Shown here: one piece after another, positions 25,869-42,615 of the stretch
How the letters are laid out: each line of letters begins with the position of its first letter
Numbering within the stretch: the first letter of the stretch is position 1
Source of the DNA: Priapulus caudatus
Lineage: Eukaryota
DNA length: 49,688 nt
Direction of reading: 5' to 3'
Assembly (NCBI RefSeq): GCF_000485595.1
Contig: NW_014577075.1
Span: 840,141-889,828, forward strand
Notes under the pieces: generated by a model
Told to the model about the DNA's origin: nothing
The model's input: only the letters and a program-made list of their open reading frames with translations
Database searches by the model: none
Made by a program: the position numbers and the translations under genes

Positions 25869-28688
25869 TTATGTATTGTGCTCTTGTTTATCCTATTTCA
25901 TGTGGCCAGCTAATATCTGTCAAAATAGACGGTATCATATGATCTGAACTAGTAACGGTATCACGTTGCCATCATGCTTTTAAATGTTTATATTTGCGCT
26001 AATTATGCTATGAGATTATGCAAGACATAAACCGACAATGTATAACGTATTTGAGATGCGAGCTACACCAAATGTATATTTGGGCTTTCGCTCCCTATTA
26101 TCTCTAACATGGCAGTTCCACTTAGATGTAAATCTACGGTAATCCCGTTTATTGCACGTAAGATAACAGGTTTATTGTGTCGACGAAAGCAATGCTTATT
26201 AATTTTTTAGCTTACTGCTGATCAATGGACTCTTTCAGGGGATCCTGGGACGAGTTAGCTTTAACAAATGCGCTCACATGATCGCAGTTAATTCTCAATG
26301 CGCATTTGCCAAATTTTTCCAACGCTTCGCGATGCGCTCGATTAAAAGTGTCAGCTGGAACGAAATCAACAAACAGGTTTCAGTCGCTCGATCGTGTGTT
26401 CCGGTATCAGATGAGTCCGCGCATGCACCACTCGCAGATTCAACCCCTTCGCCCTGCCTGATTTGCAAAGAGATGGGATTGATGTACACGAATTAGAGAG
26501 TGTCCGTGACGGCGCCGTGCTCATTTCACGGTAACGGATGCAGGCCCTCGCCGAGCGAAGATTGGAACACACGGAAGCTCGCGGCTGCCGGCTAGCTCTG
26601 TATTACCACCCCAACCATGAACTGACACTGTACGCGCTGCCCGGGACATTTCGTACTCTTCGAGAATGTGGTTCCAGCCTCGCGTCGTATATGTACGTGT
26701 ATTTTTTGTTGCTTGTCCAAGACGCTAGCCGAGAAGTGGCGTAGATGCCCGTTCTACAGACAGTGTATAGCGCAGCTACACATATTACCAAATCAACTAC
26801 TCCTACTGAAAATGCATTAAATAAACACTAATTATGGATGTCAAAATACATTTATGTGATAACGCATGAAGTAACATCAAAGCGCATATAACCAGTTATA
26901 TTACTATAACATTATTACATGAATGACTTCTAATTGTGTGAACCTCGCGTCGAACTAGTTGGCTAGAAAATCTTATAGACTATTCCACGCACCTGCAGAA
27001 AATGAATTGTACTCTCACACTAAAAAGTGTTTTAGTGTAAGTAACATTTTTATGCTTGCTTTCTTCGAATGTCTTTCTTTCTTGTTGATATGTTTGGCTA
27101 ATATTGACACGAGTATACGAACAAGAGCATGTATGGGCAATTCCGTATACCAACTGTTCTACGCCACCTATATATGAGTATATCCTAGAATAATGTAAAT
27201 CAATCGAAATGGCGGGCTACATATTATACGAACTATATTTAATCATGACTAACAAAAAAAGCTTTTTCATTCTTAGGGTTTACGTCTGTGTTTTGATACC
27301 AACCAGATTTAACCCACAATGCTAATTGTAAAACGTATAGAAGGATTCTAAAGTAAATACTATTCACAGAAATGCTTTCGTATAATTTTATCTATGAGGA
27401 ACTTGCTTAATCTTTGACAACTTGTCGAAAACGATAAACGCCTCTGTATACAGAATGGTTCATCAAGCCCAGTGCTAGACAGTGAGTCAGCCCTCATAAT
27501 ATCAGATCCTGATGATCATTGATAGACTCCTGATAATATTATTACATATGCTTCGTGATGTGTGGTAGACTACCTCGCATGGAAAGATAGAGTTACGCCT
27601 TCGTAGTTTCGGCTAGCTCGATTCATATTTTAGATATAAATCTGAATAACCGGCGGGTTCAGGCTGCAACATAAATGATTGGTCTAAAGATATCGGACTC
27701 GGAGGCGCCAACGTCACCTTTCTGGGACCGTCCGATCTCAACGTTTTACATAACAAGTTTCTTTACTCTACGTTATTCCACGGGGCTGTCACATCCAGCA
27801 TTTGTCTTAAGACTTTAGATTCAGTATATATACATCCAAACAATTTGTTAACATAGTTGCGGTACGCTACACTATACGATTGAGTACGTAGGGTACTGTA
27901 CTCTAGGGTAGACTATGGTATTCCATGGTACGCTAGGATACACTACAACACGGTATGGTACGCTAGGGTACACTACGGCATGCTATACTACACTGCGTTA
28001 CATTACGGCACACGGCAACATATAGGCTATGCTACACGAGGCTGCGCTACGCCACCATATTACGCTACGCTGCGAGATTGTAAAAAGTAAACATAAATTG
28101 TAAAAGGTAAACATAAAATGGTCCGGCGCATAAGTAATAAGGTGACTTCATTACCATCAGCTCATATCCGATACATGCTATGTATACAATTTATGTACGT
28201 GTAGTAATATACATATTTATATGCAGTAACTTGTATTGCATAGCAACCCTATAACGCCAGTGTGTTTCTTTGTATATGTTCGGTGTATTATTCGCCGCGT
28301 TCTTTTCCTCGGCGTGGAACGTGACCAGCGATTGAGACGGGGTCGGCTAGGGAGAGGTAACGCAGCGTTATACCTCTTCACGACAGACTACTCGCAACCC
28401 GTGATGTCCGTGTGGTGAATGAGCCGTTACATATTTACTCGTCGACGTGCCATCATGGCACCATAGGGCGGCAGCCAGTTATTAAGATTATCGTCGATGT
28501 GCAGCGCGGCATCACAGCGCCCCAGTCTCTGAAATAATTAGATTAGATAGAAAGTATTGAATATTACCATCCAACATAGCATGCCGTACCGACAATCAAT
28601 ATATGTCGTTGTAATGACAGTGTAATACCCTGTGTGTTTATGGGTTAATAGGTCCGGTGAAGCCGCTAAGGGGCTACGACATGCTTAA

Positions 28689-29110
28689 GGATACAGTTAT
28701 GATTACGGACAAATGGTACCTCTGTAAAATGCATTGCAACATAACTGCTCACAAAATTCAATCAAACACATATCTATTTAATAAATGAGCTGTCTCTCTG
28801 CGCTCACGATAAAAACAAACAATAAAAAAATCATCGCTAATGATGTGACGGCAAAAATTGTACATTTATACAAAAAATGTTTTTTTTCTTATTTCTCAGA
28901 AACAGCAAAGGGTTAGGACCTAAACTTTTAGCCATAAGTTGTTCATAATATGAACTAAAAAATATTTCCTAGAATTAAAAAAAGTTATGATTCTTTATTT
29001 ACGATATTGTTGTATCTTACAAAAAATTACAGATTTTCGTGGATCTTTTTATTTTATTTCCTAAAATAATTCCTTTACAGAGGTACCTGTCCGTAACCCT
29101 GACTGTATCC
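28689..29110. mobile_element. Kolobok-type MITE (422 bp, TTAA TSD)
   Basis: TTAA 28685-28688 and 29111-29114; ~40-bp imperfect TIRs GGATACAGTTATGATTACGGACAAATGGTACCTCTGTAAA / TTTACAGAGGTACCTGTCCGTAACCCTGACTGTATCC; RR...YY termini with TTAA fit Kolobok rather than piggyBac. Confidence 0.8.
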
Positions 29111-29148
29111 TTAAGGGAACATAACTTCTTTCATGAAACACAGGTCTG

Positions 29149-29335
29149 CAGGGGCGTGTACAGGAGGGGGGGTCCAGGGGATCCAACCCCCCCCCCCTGC
29201 TCGCGCAGAAAACGCATCTAAGGGGGTCTAATTTCAAAATTTGTGTGTGCAAATTTATGTCCCCCTTCGTGTGCTCGCAAGTTTGGGTCACGATTAGACC
29301 CCCCCCCCCCGGTACAAATCCTGTACACGCCCCTG
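29149..29335. mobile_element. hAT-like MITE (187 bp) with 17-bp perfect TIR and 5-bp TSD
   Basis: CAGGGGCGTGTACAGGA ... TCCTGTACACGCCCCTG flanked by GTCTG at 29144-29148 and 29336-29340. Confidence 0.85.
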
Positions 29336-29974
29336 GTCTGTTCATGCACAGAGTTGAAGCAGGGGCCTGCGACACCTATCGGTGATTGCCAGTGGGAAGA
29401 CACGGAGACGAGACCCGGGCTGATGATAAGTTATGGCTCAGTAAACACCACCCACCCGCGCGAGCGTGTGCACGAAAAAGCACATTGTCGATTTAACCGT
29501 GTGAATGAACGCAGGTGAGGCCTAGTATAGGTAGACTATAGGTAGTATAGGTAGGTATAGGTATAGGTAGTATAGGTAGACTTAGCCTCATTACCAATAC
29601 TCGGACGTAATGCTCCCCCCGGAATGCTCCTCGTGGCAAGCAACGCGTTCACATTTGGCGCCCACACTCACTCACTACAAACATACCTATATTGTTGGAC
29701 CTTATATAGCATGTTACCGCAGTGAATAACTATTACTAAAAAATCGGTATCCTATTAATGAACTACTCTCAAACCACGTAAATTGGCATACTTTAAAAAG
29801 CCAATATCGACTTGAGCTTACCAAAAATGTCTATAATAAAGTGGGCTAATATGAAGAAATTCTATTATATTTCTATGCAATTTACATATTAGCATGTTGA
29901 CATGACTATATGGAAAACAGATTTGTTGCTGCCAACTGGGATCTTACACTAGAGGAGATCTTTTTCACGTTCTC

Positions 29975-30215
29975 AGTCTGTCTGCCCGTCTGTCTGTCTG
30001 CCTGCCTGCCTGCCTGCCTGTCTGTCTGTCTGACTGTTTGTCTATCTGCCTGCCTGCCTGTCCGTCTGTCCGATCGTCTGTCTGTCTGTCTGTCTGTCAG
30101 TCTGCCTCTCTGTCTGTCTGTGTGTCTGTCTGTGTGTGTGTCTGTCTGTCTGTCTGTCTGACGGTTCATCCGTCCGTCCGTTTGTTCGTCCGTCAGTTCG
30201 TTCGTCCGTCCGTCA
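29975..30215. repeat. (TCTG)n/(CCTG)n/(TCCG)n tetranucleotide tract
   Basis: Direct observation. Confidence 0.9.
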
Positions 30216-31427
30216 ATCCATCTCTGCGAATGATCTAATATCATAAGGTTTAATTTTTTCCTAGGAACCCCGGAATGGTCGTCACAGCGCGTATTATATT
30301 TTAGCAGCATGTTATGTAACTATATATAAATAAGAAATAACGTGACCGAAACTGTATGTAACCATTGCTGCATTACGAGTAAAACACATATTGTGCTGGT
30401 TTTCTTTAAAAAGATGCAAGCTTGTGTTGTGAAACATGGCGTCTCTTGTTGGTTACCATGATTGTGAGATTTTCCAAATATTTTACTGGCATCTTTTGCA
30501 ACAAAATGGGAATTTTTCTACACCGCACATTAGACAGAATAAAACTGGAGATTGCGATTATATACTGCTATTTGTTGTTTAAATTTTATTTGTTGTTTGC
30601 TTATTACGATAGCTCGTCACGGCAGTGCATCATACCCTGGAACTATTAAGATGGAATATTATCATATTTCCCAAAACCATCTTGTTTGAAAATTATTCTA
30701 ATAATGTTTAGATAGGCCTATTCTATTATACTATTATGTATGACTCGCAGATACAATGCGTATAGCCAGTCTATTATCTTCCCACTCGAGTTCCCCACAA
30801 TCTTCGCATACGCTCTCATATGCACTGCTTCCATCATGACTAGTTGATCATACTCCTACCTATTCTTCATGAAAGCTTTATCGTTACTTTACCATAAGCC
30901 CTTTCACCAGCACGAGTAAGGCGCATGTACGCGTATCAATTCAAATTATTGTTATCATTGTAAACTCGACAAATCCTATTGACAAATGAGATTTCACTCC
31001 CAGTCTTCGGACAAGCCTTCTGTTTAACGATATTTTCATTTCATTGGGATTTAATCCGTTCAATATTTGCATTCGCACTGCGTAAGCGCTGAAAGGAAGC
31101 TTAATGGAAATTACATTCAAATCTGATCGCCTGTAAGCCGGGATCTGACTGTGTCAACATTCCGACGGTGAGTCACGACACAAGCTGCGTACCAGGGAAA
31201 TGAGTTTTGTTGAAGGTGTTTAATGTAATACGTCTTTTATTATCGATTGGCAAACATTTTTTTCTATAATGCAAAACATTGGCTCCCGGCCACCGTTATA
31301 CGCTATTACACACAAGAAATTCGCAGGAAGTCGACGACAGAGAATTCGTGCGCTACGTTGACTGATAGTTTATAGATGTTTATTTATTAATAATATATAT
31401 AATTATAATATGTATTTAACTATTTAT

Positions 31428-31458
31428 ACACACGTGGACACACGCACACGCACACGTG

Positions 31459-31550
<92 letters not shown>
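31428..31550. repeat. (CA)n microsatellite
   Basis: Direct observation. Confidence 0.95.
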
Positions 31551-31552
<2 letters not shown>

Positions 31553-32721
31553 CCACTAACTACCTAACCTACGACCTAACTACTAACCGTATATACTACT
31601 TATATATATATATATATATTATATAATAATAAATTTATTTATTTTATTTATTTAGTTCTTTATATACGTATGAAAGCTGGCTAGTCGACGACGCTTGATG
31701 ACATAGCTACCCCTCCCTTTTTCGATTGTCCGCACCGCCAAAATATCACATTGTCCCGTGCCGGAAAGGCACTGAATTTATGAAAGGCCACAAGTGTGCA
31801 AATACGAGGCGGCTGGCAGCAGGCACGCACGCAGTACAGCACTAATCCATTAAGCCAGAGCCACGGCGAGTGCACCGCACCGCCATTTTGCAGGCCGAAT
31901 ATGATGTATAGGACGTAACAACAATGCCCGCGAATGCAGTTTGAGCCATTAAGCTTCACAATGCTATTATAAACACACTCAGGCACGACAGCGCATTAGG
32001 CAGTGTGGAGAGAGGGGGGAGCTTCACGCTACTGTGCTCACTCCATCAAGTTTGAGACTCATTGTTGGACGTATATGATATCAAGAGGGAGGGCTAATCA
32101 AACGAAAATTTCCAATTTCAAATATTTATCTTGCGACCAAGCAAATTCATTCATGTAATCTTTTTCGCACTGCATTATGCCGGGAAACTACAATTCTGCG
32201 TTAAATCTATAAACTTATTATAGTTATATATCATTATAACATCATATATAAAAAAACGAATATTGTAATTATAATATAATAAACTAGAATGCGCTTGCTG
32301 TCAAACAGACGTCATGAATCATCAATTGATGTTGCTATTTCAGAAAGACATTTTAAAATATTCTAGAATATCGTTGATGTTTTCCTCATAGAAACTGGCA
32401 CGCACGTAAATTCGCGTCTACGTGAACTCACGCACGGACGGGCAAACATACACATGCACATCTACTGAGCCGTATGGACGAGGGTGCGTACACTGAAGCA
32501 GATAAATACATGAACACATATGTACATAGATGAAAACCGACAGGTAGGCGCACACGCTCACGCACACGCACATGCACGCACGCGCGCGCACACACACACA
32601 CCACACACACCACACACGACACAACAAACACAACACACACGATACCACAACACACACACCACACACACACACACACAACACACACACACACACCACACAC
32701 ATACTGCACACACACACAATA

Positions 32722-32753
<32 letters not shown>

Positions 32754-33018
32754 CACCACCACCACACCACACAACACACACACATACTCACATCACACAT
32801 ACTCACGCACGCGCTCGCCCGCATGGACGCAAGCGCATGTGGACGCACGTACGAGGACTCGTACACGTATACGCACACACTCCCACGCACGCAACCACAA
32901 ACGCGAATGCACTTAAACGTGTACACGCACACGCACACGCACAGCATACGCACACGCAACACGTCACACGCACACGCACACGCAACACGCAACCGCAAAC
33001 GCACCACGCACTACGCAC

Positions 33019-36125
<3,107 letters not shown>

Positions 36126-37345
36126 GAACGAACACATCTACCCACGTACGGCTTCACTATTACGTTTTTAATTCTACGTACATGTTGATTAATATGCGGT
36201 TTCTATCAAGGTTCCTTTTCTCTCGTAGCTCTACCTACTGATATCGCAAAATTTAATGAGCTTGATATATTGCTAATAGTATCAACTGCACAGATCCGTA
36301 ATCTAAATTAAATACCTATTGACTGCCCTCATTTGGTTGTAATGCGAGCTCATTTCTTTAGCGATTCACATGCAATGTTACGTTCAGGTTGTAATTGCTG
36401 TGAAAGCCGGAGATCGGTGAACTGCGGCAAAAGCAATTGAAATAACTGCGACAATAAATCTTTCACAATTTCATAATAAACTATGACAAAGTTTCAGTCG
36501 CATGGGAGCTTCAGTCACGTTGAGTTACTAGTGCGCTTTCCGAATTGATGTATCATCCATTTGCGCCAATTAGACATTTTACAAATGACTAAAGATGTAA
36601 AACATCGCCTACCAATTTTCATCAATAATTTAGATAATATATAGTCTGAACCGCCGATGTTGACAGCGAGAAAATATCCCGATGTTAAAGATTAGCGATA
36701 TACTGGTAACCTATAGTTACGTACTAATATACCTCTCTGAGTAGGTCTGATTCATCCCCACTAATTACCGGATACTAGGAATAACGGGTGGCGGGAAGGA
36801 CAACTCAACAACCGCATATAACACATAACGGCTGCCATATAGCGCATATAACCGCCATCAGCTTGCATGCAAATATTGAACAGTTCAATTATAGAATCAG
36901 CCGATCACTGTATAAATGTTAGTTCAAAGCTTCGCCACTTTATGCAAGCAGTTAATGACTTCATTGTCGATTAATTTCTGCGTGAAACGGCAAGAGTCAC
37001 GAGGCGTGCGATCTGCAAACATCACGAAATACGCTCGTAAATGAGATGTGGGACCGATCCACACGTGCGTGTCGCAATGATTTATCACCTCCGAGCAATT
37101 TGGCATTCCCAGTTCGCATGCTGCTGCGGCCACACTTCATTATACAGCCGTAAAACCCGCATGAAAATATCGCCTAGTGTCAGCCGATAAATTTTTTCAT
37201 TAATAAAATAATAAAGACTGCTGGTGTCGAGTCATATCTCACGCGGATAGCGTCCAAATGATCAGCGCATGTGTTCGTTTCTTTCACTCGGTCTCTCCCC
37301 CCACAAAACCCAGCCCCCCTCTCTCTATCTATCTCTCGTTCTTTT

Positions 37346-37381
<36 letters not shown>

Positions 37382-37556
37382 GGGAGCGCGCGCTCCNNNN
37401 NNNNNNNNNNNNNNNNNNNNNNNNNNNNNNNNNNNNNNNNNNNNNNNNNNNNNNNNNNNNNNNNNNNNNNNNNNNNNNNNNNNNNNNNNNNNNNNNNNNN
37501 NNNNNNNNNNNNNNNNNNNNNNNNNNNNNNNNNNNNNNNNNNNNNNNNNNNNNNNN

Positions 37557-37631
<75 letters not shown>

Positions 37632-39347
37632 CGCCGCGCGTTTTTGGTGTTTGTATTATATAGGGTACATTTTATGTATATGAAACAGGTGGCAGTATTA
37701 ATTGTGTTATAGAAGTTGGTGATTTTTATCCTGGCAGAAAAGACGTCGTGCACAATTGTTCTTTAATGCCGATATACGTGAATTTCTCCCTTTCAGGTAG
37801 ATCAATATTCTAACTACAAATGTTGTGACAGCACTAGCGACTAGCACGTAGACGATGACTATATTTTTAGAAAATGTTATTCCGAAATACAAGATTGCTG
37901 TAGCGCGGACCTTATGCAACGAATGTACAGAAACGAACTCATTTCTTTCCAAATTAACCTCATTTAGATTTCCGACTATACTGTTTTTATACCTTATTTA
38001 TACAAGTACTCTGATCTATCACTGATGACCTTGCTGTAGCGCTGCTATAGTAAAAATAGTATACATCGTAGTAGCAATTTTTCTGTCAGCTGGAATTGAA
38101 GGGTGCAAGTTACAGAGATAGTTCAATACCCGTAATGCCATGACTACGCAAACCACTACATGATGAATAACGTCAACCATGATACTAGAATACAACAAAT
38201 ATTACGATGTAATACATTGTGTCATATTGTGTCTATTCTGTATTTCTGATGCTATGCATAAACTAAGACTATAAATTATAAACTATATTAAAAAGAGTTT
38301 GTTTAAGTACATATGAAATCGATTGTTGGTATCTAGTACAAGTGAAGCGTAATTCGTATATTGTCGAAAGCTCCACAAGTGTTATATGTTAAACGTCGAT
38401 AGGTTTGGTCATTAATAACAGTATCAAGTATCAATCAGCATCTGTGGTACGTAATAATAATTACATCATACTCAAGATGAGTCAAATCTAATCTAAGTGT
38501 TTTGTAATGCTATATAAATGCGATTAGTGGTAAAATGTATGTGGAATAAATCCATACATATTTATTTGCACGTATACGGGGGTGGACCATAGCGAATACA
38601 CATACGATGTTTCATGAGCATCGCCTCTGTCGATTGCCCATATATATACACGCAAGTAATTATATTACATCGTACTCAATTGTATTACCGTAAATCTAAA
38701 AAAAAGTCTAGATAAATACTATATATTCTGTAAGCCATTCTCGTAACCGTATGTTCTAAGTAGCGGTATGAACGTGTATTAGGCCTACACGGTGTTCTTT
38801 TTAAAAACATTTTGTATTGTTTACGGAACACAGCCCTTCAAGTTGCTTTATATTGAATACATGGCCGTTGTAATAAAGAGCTTTCTATGTAATCGACACA
38901 AGGCGATATACATGCACGCATGATGTTTAATCATGTGAATTTTGAACTAGCCAGCAACGACAATGATCGCTCCGATACGAAGAGAAACGCGTAGAAAGCA
39001 TTCAAGTGCTATTATTATCGACATTAATATATATATAAAAAATATATAGCTTTCGCGTTTTAAATGTTAGCTACTATTATTCGGCATAATAATTTTAAGT
39101 AATTAAAAACGTTTGCATTGAGGGTGCGTAATGATTGCGATTTATGAGCATGTTTATGGCACTAGGTTTCATAAAACTGAGTAGCCGAGCAGAAAAATAT
39201 GAACAGCTTTTACTGGGCCGTTAGTGGCAGGACCGGCGAGTATACAAACGTACACGAAGACCGCAAAATAAACACACGTGACTCGTCCTCCATGATCACT
39301 GACGATGACCCTGCCTGACTATAATGCTGATGAGTTATGTTAAGCTC

Positions 39348-39404
<57 letters not shown>

Positions 39405-40285
39405 TCTNNNNNNNNNNGTGTGTGTGTGTGCGTGCGTGTGTGTTGTATGCGTATGGGTGTTTGCTCGCGCGTATGTGGGGGGGGGGATCTTATATAGATA
39501 GGAAAAGTATCAAATATTATATTAGTAGGTTGTATCATACTACCTACATTGTCGTCAAACCATGTCGTTGTTCAATTTCCTAAATACTCGTAATATTTTT
39601 CCTATTTTTCGCATTAAATTTCCCATGGCATAGTTAGCAAGTGACCTAGCTCTGTGCTCAGAACCCGGCCACATGCCATCGGCATGCCGTAAAACTAGAT
39701 TTATACTATTCGTCAGATAATAGACACAACACCTCTATGATAACAACTTGAATTTGGGTATTATATTAATTTTAGTACTACTCTTAAGCGGCTAATAAAT
39801 AAATGTGTTGTGTGTTGTTTTCCCGAAGTATTTGGGCATTTATTCTTTAAAAATTAATTCTCATCACATGCCTCTTCTTGATCACACGGTTTAATGGTAA
39901 TGCTCACAAATGCCGATTGGTAACTTATGATTTTGTGATTATAATTATTTGAGCATGTGATGATAATATTCCGGGATAAATGTATATTTAAACTGTAAGT
40001 CGTTACAAAGCTTGACTAAAACGCACGAGCTTTCTAAATCCGATGAGCTTTTAGTAAAACCATGCGGGCTTACGCAGATCTATTCATAATACCTGGCTGA
40101 AATTATTTTAACTTCGAAAACATAGACTGTAAGTCCCAATTTTGTAGCTGCTCTCACCGTTACTTAATGGCCGAAATAAAACGGTACTTGTGCCCGCGGT
40201 GTAGAATATTTTCCTCTTACTGCGATAGGAATGCGCAGGAAAGCCATAACCCGTCAGCGGTTGGAGGCCACCGGTCGGGGACACC

Positions 40286-41689
40286 AAGATTTCAAGATTT
40301 CAAGATTTTTTATTTGTGCTAAACGGATAAATAAGACAGTGGGAAAATTAAACAGTTATAACTATGTTAATATAGTGCACAGGTATGGCGAAAAGACCTT
40401 GCGGTCATCGAGTCAGCCATACACTATAGTTACATTACATATTACATTCCAAGACACGATGTTGAATGATATTTGCAATACATGACGTGATCTGATGATT
40501 ACACTTTACAGCACACACAATCCATCACAATACACAACGTTGAACTACGTACAATACACGACGTTATATTATATTACAATACATGACATGACATTATAAA
40601 ACAATACAACACATTACGATTAGACAACTTTATAAACGTATGACATTACAAGACATGATGATATATGATATTTACATATACATAACGTGATCAGATGATT
40701 ACAACACATACAAACCATTACAATACCCGACGTAATACTACCTACAATACATGACGATATACGTTGCAATACATGCCATGATATGACATTATACTACATA
40801 AGACATTACAAGACATTCTGATATGTGATATTTACAATACATAACGTGTTATGACATTACGACACATTGTAAAACCATACGATAGGTTACATTACAAAAA
40901 CATTTCGCACGTTACATTACTTTACAATACAATACCATGCATTACTGTATACATAAGACAGTGAGATTAATCGATTTCGAATTGCTTAAACATTTATATA
41001 CATTCCTCTTACACAACGAGCCACTATTTTGTCCAAATATTATATAGCTAATTTGAAAAGACCTACTAAAGAATTTAGAGCAAATATATGATATAAGATA
41101 TGATGCAATATGTTCTTATGTATGAAACACCGGATAGACTATATACAATGATGTACAAAATAAATATAATATAGATATAATTTGATATTTATATGCATAC
41201 CTTACTTATATAAAATATCTTCAATTTAATACAATGGTTTCTACGTATATTTATTAATAAGAAACTTCTTAAGATTAAATTTAAAAAAATTCAGATTGTT
41301 TACTTTTATTGATTGAGGTATATATATCATTCCAGCACTTTACTCCCTTGAATTTTAGTGAGTTTTGTCCTAATGATGTTAAAGTACGAGGGAGATGATA
41401 TTGAGAGTGAACTGAATAACGTGTAATATAGGGGTGAATATCATTAACTTTAATAAAGTATTCTCTATATAAGATGGGTAGTTTATTATTGTGAAATTTA
41501 TGCATAAATTTCCCAAGTTCCAAAGTATAGATGTCTTCTAGTTTCAATAGATTTAATTTATTATAATATTGGGTAACATTGTCTTGATATTTCCCGAACG
41601 CTATATATTTTATAATTTTATTGTGAATAACTTTTACTGGATGTAGAATATATTTAGGTGATGATGCCCAGCTCAGCACTGCATAATGA
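40286..41689 (-). mobile_element. 5'-truncated non-LTR retrotransposon (CR1/L2/Crack group): ORF2 C-terminus, long 3' UTR, tandem-repeat tail
   Basis: Minus-strand peptide YAVLSWA...HNKIIKYI...YNKLNLLKLEDIY...FMHKFHNNKLP...HPYITR...YHLPRT...SLKFKGVKCWNDI (41281-41690) resembles the post-RT C-terminus of this group; 3' end AATAAA followed by (AATCTTGA)n at 40286-40314; putative TSD ACACC at 40281-40285 and 41690-41694. Confidence 0.8.
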
Positions 41690-42575
41690 ACACCGCCATT
41701 TTGCACGATGATCCGTAAGCACCCGTCGATCTCTGCACTAATGTCGCAGCAAACTAGCATAACTATGCTATCGTAGATATAAACGTTCATTACGACAGCA
41801 GATGCGAGACAATAGAAGCAAATAATTTCGCCAGAATGGTCCCACTTTCGATAAAATGACGTACAACACTGATGTGATTTGAAGGAAATGACTATGAGCC
41901 GTCTGTGGCTGAAGCTGAATGCAAGAGCAATTAGGGATTGTGAAGAGGAGAAAACACTCCAGTGAAAAGATCACCACCTGTTCGCGAAAACAATACATTC
42001 TAGTTAGATTTTTCATTCTGCGTCTAACGGTCGACCAGCCGCCCGAGTGCGTTGAAACGGTTACGAATAAATAACGATGAATCGTAATCATGTAAACAAC
42101 AATTGGTAACAGCTTGGCCGGAGAGCAGACACGCGGCTGGGACGCCGGATCCCGCACAGAAGCGAAGCAGGTTATCAAAACTAATCTGCAGCCTTCTCAC
42201 ACGGTCGTGTCGAAGCGACCATAAATGACGAGCCAGAAAGCGCATTATTCTAAAGCCCGTAACAAGCCATTAAGTTCACCCTGGCAACCAGCACAATGCA
42301 GGAATTCGCCTCACGAATCGAGATGCTCCGATGCGAAAACAACCTAACCGACGCTCATCTGCGCGCATGCGCGTTTGTTGAGTAATGGTGACAGTAGGCG
42401 TTTTAGGCAGTAAGAGAGGAACATTTTCCGTGTCGCAGTGATAGATTCGTACGTCCTACGCGACTCCTCGCTCGAGAATTTGACATATCTCTCTCTATAT
42501 ATATAGTATGTATTATGTATGTATGTATGTATGTATGTATGTATGTATGTATGTATGTATGTATGTATGTATGTA

Positions 42576-42615
<40 letters not shown>

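Noticed and set aside
38022..38056. Second hammerhead (CTGATGA followed by a hairpin)
   Set aside because: No GAAA after the stem and no stem I/III; the same applies to CTGATGA at ~16868 and ~39327.
41281..41790. 169-aa host protein-coding gene
   Set aside because: Chimeric ORF: flanking DNA fused to a truncated LINE ORF2 C-terminus; disrupted in the second copy.
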